Positions 12,241 through 23,461 of a stretch of 64,000 nucleotides of DNA are shown piece after piece. The stretch lies in NCBI GenBank assembly GCA_028534125.1, contig CM052816.1, positions 101,246,001-101,310,000 on the forward strand, given 5' to 3'. A program made the translations under genes and the position numbers. The stretch comes from Lama glama. Taxonomy: Eukaryota. How positions within the stretch are numbered: the stretch's first letter is position 1; each line of letters starts with the position of its first letter. The notes beneath the pieces are model-generated. The model saw only the letters and a list, made by a program, of their open reading frames with translations, did no database searches and was not told where the DNA came from.

Positions 12241-15200
12241 GCCCTGTATCGCATCTGAAAGTCTGTAATTCTGGTCCAATCTCACCCCCGGCCGGGCTAG
12301 ACACATGAATGCTGTGTTTGGTGTCTGTTCTCCAAGGAGAGGTAAGGCTGTAACACAAGTGAAATGCGTTCATTTCAGAACACCTGAAGTGTTCTCTCCA
12401 CTGATGCGGCGTGGGAACCAAGCTCCCGGAAGGTAGGGGCTTCCTGCGCCCGGCCTTCCACCCATGGGAGGCCTCGGCGCCTCGGTCCGCGCTGCACTTT
12501 GTTGTCTGATTGACGCTCTTCACCCAGTGACCTTTAGACAGAGTCTGAGTGTTAAAGCCCAGAAAAGCCGTGTGATTTTTTCCTTTGAGAGAAGCATTTT
12601 AGCGAAGGTTTGGCAACAGTGAAACAGGTGATTTAAAGGGTAAACGGATTCCTCCGTGTTTGGCTTTTTCTGTTCTGTTCCCCAATCCTTTAATCTCTCT
12701 GCGGTGCTCCCGATCAGCCACGTCCGTGGCCTCTGCTTGTCTCCCGGTCACTGACAGCAGGGAAAGGTCACCTTTTTCGAGACAGTTAATTAGCAAGTCC
12801 TGTGTTCTGTGGTCCCCTGTGGAAGACGCCACCACGCCCCCTCCTCCGGGCAACCCACCTGCTCCCCTCCTCCCAGGACCCCGGGTCCCTGACACAGCGG
12901 ACAGAGCCCAAGGCACAGGTGCCCCCCAGCAGACCAGGGTCCTGCAGACCGACACCCCACTGGGCACCAGTACCAGCTGGCTGCACAGAGGGCTCGCCCC
13001 AGAGCCGGGAAAACAAAGCCAAGGCTGACGGCCTCACACCGGCCTCCACCTGCCCACCTGCTGGCCCTGAGGCAACCGGGCGGGCTGGCCCCCGAACCAC
13101 TCCCCAGGTGACCTGTGCCCCCCTGGCCCTGGGCCACGACAGGCAAGCTTTGGCGTCATTACATAGAGTGGAAAACGTCAGACTACTTCAGTTTAGTAAG
13201 TCTGGATTGATTTTTCTCTTAATTTAGCAAAACGGAAAATATGAGAGTCAGTGCATCCGAGAAGGGCAAGTTCTGCTTTGGGGAATGTTTCAAGTGTGCA
13301 CCTCGCCTGCGTGAAGGAGAGGCAGAGACCAAAGGTCAGAGACAGAGAACGACAGAGACACAGGGAGATGGGGGGTGGGTGGGGAACGGGGAGGGGAGAC
13401 AGGCCTTCGCAGTTCCGGTCAAAGGTTTGGGGCCCTGTCCTGGGTAGAGTGAGCGACCACCCCAGGCCGCCCTGCACTTCCCCGGATGGCTGGTCACCCC
13501 AGGCTGCAGCCCCACGGGGCCCCTCTGTCCCCCTGTGCGGGCCAGGGCAAGGCGGGCCCAGAGCTGGGGAGGAGGGAGGCCCAGGGCGGGTAGGTCAGCG
13601 GAGGAGCCACGGTGCCCCCCAGGGTGGGGCTGAGGAGAGCAGACTGCATGAGTCCCAGCAGGCGGCGGCCACCGTGTGCCCCGAGCAGAGGGCACTGGGA
13701 CCAGGGCACTGGGTACCGGGCACCGACCTCGTTTCCCGGTGCGGTGCCACACGACCGGCGTGCGCAGACGCCCTCCACCCTCTGCAGTGGGAATGGACAG
13801 CTGGGGGGCCAGGGCCACGGACTCCAGGGCAGGCCGGCCAGGTGAGGGCAGGTGATGAAAATGAGGGCAGTTCAGGGCGGCTCACTCCAGAGAACGTTAG
13901 TCACGTGGAAACACGAGGCCCACGTGGGCCGGGACCTCTGATTCTTTCCTGCGAAGTTAGGTATGTAGCTGTTTACTTAAGTACAAGCTGCCATATCAAT
14001 GGGGTGGCAGCAGTGGCCACCTCTCCTCCACCAGGGGGACACAGGGTCATCACAGAACTGGCTGGGGGGCTGCACCGGGGACGCGGACAGCCAGCCTGGG
14101 GGCAGATCTGCATCCCTGTTGCCCCCACACTGACCACAGCAGAGACCAGTGGCCCAACGCCCAGCCCGTGCCTCCCATAGCCACCACCAGGGCTGAGGCC
14201 ACAGGTGCCACACCAGCCGCAGGGGAGGCTGGCAGGTGATGATGGCTCAGGAACTGCCCTGTCCTCACCACAACCCGTCCCCTGATGGCCCACTGCCCAG
14301 CAGCCCCTGCTCAAGGCTGAGAGCCAGGGGCTTGCCAGGGGGAGGGTCACCAGCCCAGCCAGTCACGATACCCCTTTCTTGTGCCATCATCCAGGGCCAG
14401 ATATCCCGGGAAAACGGGCAGTTTCTTACACAGATGAGAGTCTGAGACCCTTGGGGTTGGAAGAACAGAACTCGGAAACTGGATGTGGTTTGCAGACCCC
14501 TCGACACCCCCCAGGCGCCCATCATCGTCCCCGTGGTGCAGGGACATCCTCTCTTTTCCCGGCCTCCCCTGGGTGTCCTGGGGGCTCGGATGAGTACAGG
14601 GACCCTCGTGACACGGGGCGGCACTCTCTGGGAGGCTGCCCTCTGACCACTGCAGCCTCAAGGGGCCCTCGGAGCGAAGAGGTGGCTCAGAGGAAAACAC
14701 CAACAGCATCGCTTTCTTGGAAAAGTCGCTGTTCCAGACTGAGGGCCAAAGGCCTCCATTTATATGACTGAGCGTTTAAATCGAGTCTGTGTTGACTCGT
14801 GCGCTGAGCCTATTTGCCTAGAATGTAGATAATCTCAAGTACTTATTGCGGAAGCTCAGCTCCTCTTCCCTTAAAGGTCTTTGTCGTGTGGACGAAGGGT
14901 TCCGTCAGGCAGAACGTGTCTCTGCGTTAAGGCCCGCCTGGGGCACGGATCACACACCCGCGCTGCGCCCGCAGAGCCCTCTCACTCCTCGCTGGGGTCT
15001 GAGGGTGATATTTGGGGTTGCTGTTCAATAAATAATTCATTAACAGTGTGTTCAAAGGCGGTGTGATGACCCACCGGCCGTTAAGTGCTCTGATACCCCT
15101 TAAGCCTTTCTCACACAGGGAAGCCAAGTCTGAAATTCTAAAATGCTCCGTTATATCAAAAGAGATCATTCTGAAAGCTCAGAAGGGAGGCAGGAGTCAC

Positions 15201-15674
15201 TGGCAGACTCAGTCCCAAGGCGGCAAAGTAGACGCGGCCCCTGGAAGGTAACCTGTGCGGCCTCGGGTGCTCAGGGCTCTGCCCCTGCAGTGACGCCGGG
15301 CTGCCGGTGCTCACCCCTCACTTTGTCTCCCGGTGGAGCGGTCAGCTGTTGGGGGGCCGGGGGGGCAGGAGGTAAGGGCAGGGCTGGGGCCAGTGAACCA
15401 CTGGCCCTGTGTGGCCCGGGCGGGGTCCCTGGCCGCCGGGCCTCGGTTTGCCGTCTGTTTCAGGGGCTCCCTGCGCCCGCCGCTCGGCTGTGAAAGGATG
15501 GACGAGCTGGAACACAGCAGGTGCTGGGCCGTCCTGGGCGGGCACGGCTGCTGGCGTGACGCGGGTCCGTCGGCCCTCAGCAGCGCCTCAGCCAGCGAGG
15601 TGACAGCTCCCGGTACACTTGCTGGTTGTTGCCAGCATGCAGAAACTTTGTTTTCGTTGTGGTGGTTTGGTTTT

Positions 15675-15783
15675 GGGGGGGTATGTATTTATTTGCTATT
15701 TTTTTTTAACGGAGGTGCTGGGGACTGAACCCAGGACTCGTGTGTGCTAAGCACGTGCTCTACCACTGGCTACACCCTCGCCC
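15675..15783 (-). mobile_element. tRNA-derived SINE (camelid Vic-1-like)
   Basis: Reverse complement reads gagggtgtagcc-agtggtagagcacgtgcttagcac...tcctgggttcagtccccagcacctcc plus A-rich tail; homologous to the copies at 47832 and 59893. Confidence 0.85.
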
Positions 15784-17149
15784 CAGAAAAGTTGTTCCTA
15801 ATCCAGTTAATAGCTCGTTTATCCAGCCCCACCTGACTTCAGAAATGCAAATTTAGTGGAAGGGATGTGTTGTTTCCGCAGCGCGGTTGCCTTGTGGGCA
15901 GCATCAGCACAGCAGGCCCTAACCCCTGCCCCGGGGAGGCCTGCGCTCCAGGGACGTGGGCGCCGCCTCGGCCAGGAGGGGCCTGCTCCGGCTTGCAGCG
16001 TCCACAGCAGCCACCCGGGGCCCGGGGAGGAAGCGGCTCTCTGGCAGGAAGGAGGGAGTGGATGACGCCAGCGGGGCACACGGTCCCCCCCGCTCCGGGA
16101 GCCCCTTGGAGAACCTGCAAACCACAGGCCCCTCACACTCAGCAGACTGAGCGCCCACAGCCTGGGCTCCAAGACCCGGCCCTCGCACCACGTCGGAGTG
16201 GTGGGAAGGCCGTGGACGCGACGCCGGGGGAGATTGGAGGCGCCCGGTGAGTCCCCTGGCCCAGGTGCGGAGTCAGGTTTAAACACCTGCTCTGCGGGGG
16301 TGCTGAGGTGCCTTGCTGGGAAGATCTTCCACCTCCTCGTTGTCGGCTGGAAAAATCCATCCCTGTGTTTGGGCTCAAATCAAGAAACTCTTCCGTATTT
16401 TCTCAAAACAACAGACTTTTACCCCAAAATAGGCTTTCAAATTAAAACTGCACAAAATGAGATTCAAGAAAGGAAGGACTGGAAGGTTCCAGTGGATGGG
16501 GGGTGAGACCACTCTCAGTGTCGGAGCCTCAGCCAAGGCCCACGCCCACATCAGGCCTGTCACCCTGGAGCAGACGGGGCGGGTGGGGAAGGAGCTCGGC
16601 CCCCCGCCCCCCCCCGCCCCCAGCAGAGCCCTGTCACTCTCTGAGCATCGGGCCGCCATCCAGTCTTTCGGGTCCCTGAGCGGCTTCCCCGGGCTGCCAT
16701 CCTCGCCAACAACCAGATCCTGACCCCACGGGTGCGTGTGCACTGGCCTCGCGGGAGCTCCTCCTCTGCCCCCCACTCCGACCCCCTCCGAGGGGCTGGC
16801 TCACATCCCCTCCCCCGAGCTTCGACTCTGTCTCCAGTTGCTGTCAGAGTAGACGTGCCCGGAGCCAGGCCGAGTGACCACCTCCCCTCGCCCTGTGCTG
16901 CCTCTGCTCTGGGCCTCCACTGGGGGTCCAGCCACCCCAAGATTGTCAGCAGTGAGCAGCCTCCTGCCAACAGCCAGCAAGAAAGCCCTGCCCACAGCGG
17001 CGAGAAGCCGCTCCTGCCAGTGAGCTGGGGGCATGGACGCGGTCCTTGCCAGGTCCGGCCCCAGATGGGCGTGGCCTGAGACCCAGAGAGGGGGCTCTCG
17101 ACCCAGGAAACATGGTCTCGCTGTCAGCGGCGCTTCTGAAGGTAAGGAC

Positions 17150-17265
17150 GCCTGCAGATCACAGAGGCCAGAGACGGGCCTGGCACAGACTTCCCCTGAA
17201 GCCTTGGAAGGAACCACCCCCAGTGACACCTTGACCTCAGCCTTCTGGCCTCCAGGACAGGGTTC
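17150..17265 (+). mobile_element. MLT1 MaLR LTR 3' fragment
   Basis: ggaaggaaccaccc...gacaccttgacctcagccttctggcctccagga. Confidence 0.55.
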
Positions 17266-18039
17266 CGCAGCCCCAGCACTCTCACAGCCCCCATCTCTCC
17301 GCTCGGTGAACACCCACACCCTACTGAGTGCCAGGGACCTGTGAGGCACAGCAGGCGCTCGCGGCCACGCCCCGGGGCTCTCTAGTAACCGCACCGGCCC
17401 GGATGCTCCGCTGCTGTGAGGGGGCCTGCCCCAGCGACGGCGGCCAGCACGGCCGGCAGGCAGGGACTGCACCCGCTGCCCGGCCCGAGAGCCCCGCCTG
17501 AAATACAGGAGCAGGGCCTGCAGGTCGTGACCGTCAGTGATGGGGGATCAACACTGAGGGCGCGACACTGCTTCAATAAACTGGAAGGCGCATGCGCGTC
17601 GCGTGTAACAAGGGCGGGAGGTGCTTCAGGGGACTTTTGTTCAGCGGCTCGTGCGCAAGTGACGCGGGCACCGGGCCTGGAGGTAAACCGCCTCCTGCCT
17701 GCAGCGGCGAGTCCGAGGAAGACCGTGTGGATGCGACCGACGGGCTTGTCTGCGTCCTGCTTGGGACGGAGGCTGCGCCTGGGCCCTGAGACGGCCCAGA
17801 GGCCCTCCGCAGCAGGCGCGCCAGGGGACGGAGCCAACGCATCCTCCTCTTCCTGAGCTTCAGCCGCAGGGCAGGCCCCAGGCCGGTCCCGAGTCCTCCC
17901 GCCCGACGCCGGGGCGCCAACTGGTCCACGTCTGACCCCTCTGCCCTGGAGCGCAGGACACCCCTCGGAAAGGGGATTTCCATCAGTGTCACTGGTGTCG
18001 CGGTGGAGACACCCTGTCACAGGGTTAAGTGAGTGGCTC

Positions 18040-18260
18040 AGGCGTGTGTGCCGTGCACGCGTGTGTGCACACGAGCATGTCAGTGCCTTGTGTGCGTATG
18101 CAAGCCCCGTGCACGGGTGTTTGGGCGTGCTGCACGTGTGAGGTGTGCTCTTCCACGTGTCAGAGCTTGTGTGTGCACACATGTGAGTGTTCTGCATGTG
18201 TGTGGAGGTGTGGGCACACACGTGAGCATGTGCATGCGTGTGGAGTGTGTGCTTGCACTG
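18040..18260. repeat. Degenerate (TG/TGCA)n low-complexity tract
   Basis: gtgtgtgcacac/gtgcatgcgtgtg repeats. Confidence 0.7.
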
Positions 18261-19303
18261 GCCCACACGCACTGTTTGGCGCGGGGTTACGGGTGGAAGG
18301 GCCTGGATCTCCTCCCCACACATGGATCGGGGAACCGGAGCCAGAGAGGAGCCACAAGGACACAGCGCTGTCACCGGGCAGTGAGGTCTCGGGAGCAGCC
18401 GTTGGCTGAAGTGAAGGCGGGTGGTCAGCCGTCCAGACAGCACAGCAGTTAGGGCAGCGGCGCGGGGCGGCCGGAGCCTTGGCACAGACCCCACTAGAGG
18501 GGCTTCGGTCCCCCGGCACTCACCCTGCGCCCGTGGGAACCGGAGCCGTGGAGGATCAGCCGCACGTTCATGTGCGAAACACAGCGTGTGCTCCACGAAG
18601 GAGGTACGTCCGGATGGTGCAAACCCTCCGACGTTAGTCTTCCAGGATGCGCTGACGAGGAGGCGGAGGCCCACGCAGCGTTTACAGATCCTGCTCACCG
18701 CAGTGACGGGCAAGGCGCGTCGGACTCAGCAGGACACGAGCATCTCTGCGGGGCCACCAGAGGGCCGGCCACCCGGACAGTCACGTCTGACCCTACTGAG
18801 ACTGCTGCCTGCTCGTCCTGCAGGAGGAGGGGCCCTCGGCCGTCTGGTGCTGGGGGCTGTGCCCACGCTGCTCCCCCCACCGACCCTCCGCCTTTCCTCG
18901 GGAGTGGTGCTCACCAGCCACTGCCCCTTTTCTGAGGTCAGTTTCTCTATAATCGAGCACCTGGGTGACCAGGTGCCCTCGCCAGGCCCCTGTCCATCCA
19001 GATGGGCCAGCACTCCCACTGCCTGGCTGGAGCTCCCCCGCCCCCCCGGCCTGCCCCTTCTACCTCGGCCTCCCTGCCAGGGGGCCGACCATCCACTGGC
19101 CAAGGGTGTGTCGACCCAGCCCAGGTGAGACAGAGGGACAGCAGACCCCGGCCCGACCTGGGTCTCGGGGGACAGTATTTGGACTGCGAACCGAGAGACA
19201 GGACCGTGCCTTAGGAGATGTGTTTTGCACGGAGATGAGTTACAATCCTGAAATTACTCTTATTTATTCTAGAACTCAGCAAGCAGGCAAACACATGGGT
19301 AAT

Positions 19304-19466
19304 CAGAACGGCCGCATAATTTGCAGGCTTGGTACAAAATGAGAACACGGGGCCCTCGTTCCAGACGCACTGAGGGTTTCAGGACGGCAACAACGGAGCG
19401 GTAAACGAAGCCCTTCCCGGCGCGAGGCCCTGCAGGCAGCGTCTCACACCGCAGGAAGGGCCCCAG
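19304..19466 (-). mobile_element. MER45A hAT-Tip100 DNA transposon fossil
   Basis: cataatttgc...caaaatgagaacacggggccc...tttcaggacggcaacaacggagc...gcccttc...ggccctg follows the recalled MER45A consensus over most of its length. Confidence 0.75.
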
Positions 19467-19904
19467 GGAAGGAGGGAGGCGGTGAGAGGGAGTGGGGCTG
19501 CCGTGGGGGGGTCAGCGCACGCAGGGTTTGAACACAGACACGTGCGTGCACACGCGGACAGCTGGGCGGGTGGACGGCGGAGAACTGGACTCAGGTGTGT
19601 GGGAAGCATGTTCTGAGCTCTGTGTCCGAGAGGCTGTGGCACCCGGGTGGGCACAGAGCCCCCCGGAGCCCCAGTTCTTCTCCAGCGAGAGGCTTCGGGG
19701 CTCCTGGGAGAAACCGCTGATCCCTGAGCTCAGGCCCAGAAGGCGGCGGGGAGCCTGGAGCGTCTTGTGGGGCCACAAGCTGAGGATGGGGGCGCATGGG
19801 AAGGACAGCGCTGCTCTGAGGGGCTTCCAAAGGCCACACCGGGACGGTCTGAGCAAAAATCCCCCTCGTAAGGACGGCAGCGACGGACGCCGTCCTCCTC
19901 CCTC

Positions 19905-20180
19905 AGCTCCAGCTGCTGTGACAGACATCACCGCCAGGGCGGTTTATAAACGACAGACACTGGTTTCTCACAACCTTGGAGGCTGGAGGCCGGGACCAGG
20001 GTGCGGGGAGGGCAGGCGCGGGCGAGGCCTCTGTGCGCAGGCGGCGCCGGCCAGCCTCGCACAGTGGAGGGAGAGTCACTGTCCCCCCGGGGGCCCCCTG
20101 CCCAGCCCCATGTAAACCCCATGTAAACCTAATAAGGGGGAGCGCCTCCTGATCCCCCCAACACACGGGTTTGGGGCACA
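19905..20180 (-). mobile_element. MLT1/MST MaLR LTR fragment
   Basis: gctgctgtgacaga...ggtttataaacgacagaca...tttctcacaaccttggaggctggagg. Confidence 0.6.
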
Positions 20181-20559
20181 TGGACGCGCAGGCCAACAGG
20201 ACTAACGCCCAGCGGTGAGCACGCAGCCAGGAGGGAGGCGGAGCCGGCCCCCCGACAGGGCCCTGGCCCACAAGCGCAGCGGGGCCGCGGGCCGACGCCA
20301 CAGCGACCCCCGTTTCAGACGAGGCATCAGGATGTAAAGATCCGAGGGAGAAACAGGACGAGGAGTGAGACGGGCACTTAGTCTCCCACCGAGGAGACGG
20401 ACGGGAAGGCAGCGCCGTCACAGGGGAGCAGGCGCCCGCGCCCCAGGCGGGAGGGCACGCCAACGTGGACGCCGCACCAGAGGCCCCCGGAGGGCCAGCG
20501 TCGCCCCTGTGGGCTCTGCTAGGGGCACATCCCCCACGTGGCCGTGAGGAAACCACAGA

Positions 20560-20815
20560 CCATGGGGACATGACAACTAAGCTCAGTGCGTGTCCCGGCT
20601 TGGGTCCTGGCTCTGAAAAGACGTCCAGATACGGCTGCATCGCCTCGGTGCTAACGGGAAACGGCGCCGCGTCGCTGCGACCCCCGGCCGTGAGCAGCAG
20701 GCTGCGGTGACTGAGACGTCGGCTCCGGGGAGCTGGCTGCAGGCTACGCTGGGATTCTCTGCACGGCTTCTGCACCTTTTTCATAAGTCCTAAATCATTT
20801 CAAAGTGAACAATCA
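20560..20815 (+). mobile_element. L1M (L1MC/MD-like) 3'UTR fragment
   Basis: gacatgacaactaa...tgggtcctgg...ctctgcac...tttttcataagtcctaaatcatttcaaa. Confidence 0.5.
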
Positions 20816-20904
20816 GAACATAAGACTAAAATGAAAGATCCTCTTCTGTCTTTGGAGCATGTCCCACTAAGGGTGCGCACTGTGAGTGCTGGGCTCAAAA
20901 GTCA

Positions 20905-21465
20905 TTCGGAATAATTCCGCTGTTTGTGTGGTTATGTCACGGCCGCCGTGACCACCAGTCACACTGCGTTGAATGGCATCTCCCCAGATTCACATCCGCC
21001 ACATTTCCAAGCTTTGGCGATTACAAGTAAAGCTGCCGTGCGCGTCCACATGCACGTTTTTGTGTGGACATAAGTGTTCACCTCCTTTGGGTAGATACGG
21101 CATGTGACTGCTGGGTCACATGGTAAGAGGAGGCTTGAATTTGTCAAACACTGGAAACTGTATTCCACGAGGCTGGACCATGTTGCTTTCCCACCAGCAG
21201 CGGACAAGCGCGCGTTCCCACGGCTCCACATCCTGGTCAGCGATCGCCGCTGTCAGCGTCTGGACGTTGCTCGTCAACGCTTTAACTCACACACAGGGTG
21301 TGGGGCATCTTCGCACTCAGGTTTGCCATCCGCTCATCTTCTTTGGCAAGGTGTACACTCAGGCCCTTTCCCGTTTTCCACACGGGCTTGCTTGTTTGTT
21401 ACTATCGAGTGCGAAGCGTTCTTTGTGTGTCGGACAACAATCCTTTATCAGATGCAAACTTTTTG
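20905..21465 (-). mobile_element. LINE-1 ORF2 C-terminal fragment
   Basis: Minus-strand translation LPCDPAVTCRIYPKE...KTCMWTRTAALLVIAKAWK resembles the L1 ORF2 C-terminus (LPYDPAIPLLGIYP...AALFTIAKTW). Confidence 0.85.
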
Positions 21466-23327
21466 CAAAAACCCCAGGCCTCTCTTGGGTCTTGTTTCAG
21501 ATCTCCAAGTGCCATCCCGGGGGCCCCCTCCCGGCAGCAGCTGACCCCGCTGAGCTGGGACGTGCTCGACCTCCAACCCCAGTTTAGGCTCGGCATGGAC
21601 TTACACCCCCGAATTACAGGGAAGACGCGGCTTCTGAGTGGGAGGGGAGGGCTCTAAGGCCAGCCCCTTCCTTGCACTTCACACGCCCGGTTTCTAGAGG
21701 ATGTTTCTTCTCTGTGGTCTCCTGGAGCCAAAGGATCCAGAGAGAGGGAGCCTCGGGGGCGTCCTCGGGCGGGGTGCGCCAGGCAGCCCGGCTGCACGTC
21801 GAGGTGTGAGACCAGATCCCCAATCACAGATGCCCAGGGCTGCCACAGTGGTGAGGGCAGGTGACCCATGAGTGCCCGGCCATCCAGAGTGATGACCACC
21901 CTAGGTGCTCTCAACAAAGCCAGGTACCATCCACCCTCCCGCATCTTACTGAAAATTCCTAGAAAAATCAGACTAGGTTAAAAGATGCAAAACTTATGTG
22001 AGTGTGTATGTAATTAATCAGAATCCGGGCTCAAGTTTTCACTGTGCATCTGGCAAGACCTTCCAAACCTCCCTGCGGGCGAGGGCATCCAGCACCCAGC
22101 ACACCCCAACTGCCCTGTCACTGGGGCGACCAGACGAAGGCCCACAAGTGGCCGAAGCAGCCTCTGGGCCTGGTCCCCCCCAGGGAGGGGACCAGGGGCC
22201 TCAGGTGGACAGCGAGGCAGGTGGTGGCAAGGGCAACAGTGGACGTGATTTCCGGGGCTGCCCGACCCGTGGCGGCACCTGGCTTGCAGACCCAACGCTG
22301 GCTTTGACACTGAGGTGGAGCGGGAAGGAGGGCGGGCAGGCGTATTCACACCTCCCAGTATCTGTCTCCTCCCCCCGGCGCGACCCCGGCCTCCCTGCTT
22401 CTTGGCCCAATCCCACCCCGCCTCCCCCTTCCCTGACTCACCCCTCACTCTACTGTGGGGGTGACCTGGGGCCCTTGCCCACCCTGGACGGCGGTCTCCG
22501 CGCCGCGCTGAGCACGATCCCCTCTGCGGACCCTCCCCCCGTCCTAGGTCCCTCTGCTCTCCCTCCTCAGCCTTGGGGCTTCCCACTCCTGTGGGAACCA
22601 GCCTCCTGACCACCCATTCTCGACCTCCCAGCCTGGTAGACCTCCTCGGCGCCCCACCCACTCTCTGGCTGTCCTTCTGGTCCTCTGGGGTCACTAGTCT
22701 AACCACTGCCGCCCCAGCCGTCGGCCAGCTCGGGTTCCCCGACTTCTCTTCAGTGCAGACCCTGAGCCCTCCCCTCAAAGCGTTCAGCCCCTCCCGGGCG
22801 CTCACCTGACAAAGACGCAGCCCTGGGGAGCCCCACCATCCTGCTCCAAAGCGCTTCAAACCACACTCAAGACTCTGAATGCACCACACCCAGCGACCAT
22901 GCTTAACCCTAACGTCACTTTAAAGCCCCACCACCTGAACCCAGCAAGAGCTCCCGCCCACTGCTGTCACAGCGCACACCATCCTCAGACCGTGGGCGTC
23001 CGCGCCCCTACCCCAGGGGCCGCCCGCACACCTGCCTGAGAGAGCAGAGGTCCTCCTCCTCGGAAGGCTTCTGCCCTCTCCGTCCACTGCCCATGAGCTG
23101 TCGCTGCTCCTGCAGAGGCCTCGGCGACCTGTGAGGCCGTCCTCCTCTGCGGGCTCCCCACACCCTGCTCTGCCGTCCCCAGCCTCCCTCCATCATCAGG
23201 CCACCGCGCCCACCCCCTTCTCAGCCCGTCTCCACAGGTGCACCCTCAGGTGTGGGGCATCCAACGGCCGCCGCTCCACGTCTGTCACCATCTGGGCCCC
23301 CAGCAGCCGGCCCTGTCCCCTGGGTCC

Positions 23328-23461
23328 NNNNNNNNNNNNNNNNNNNNNNNNNNNNNNNNNNNNNNNNNNNNNNNNNNNNNNNNNNNNNNNNNNNNNNNNN
23401 NNNNNNNNNNNNNNNNNNNNNNNNNNNNNNNNNNNNNNNNNNNNNNNNNNNNNNNNNNNNN
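23328..23461. other. Assembly gap (134 N)
   Basis: Run of N. Confidence 1.

Noticed and set aside
11466-12254. 262-aa Pro/Ser/His-rich minus-strand ORF
   Set aside because: Translation of the (GGAT/GGAC)n simple repeat.
17382-18713. 443-aa minus-strand ORF
   Set aside because: Low complexity, spans a TG/CA tract, no recognisable domain; expected in GC-rich DNA.
20106-20127. Tandem CCCCATGTAAA x2
   Set aside because: Small slippage duplication inside a MaLR fossil.
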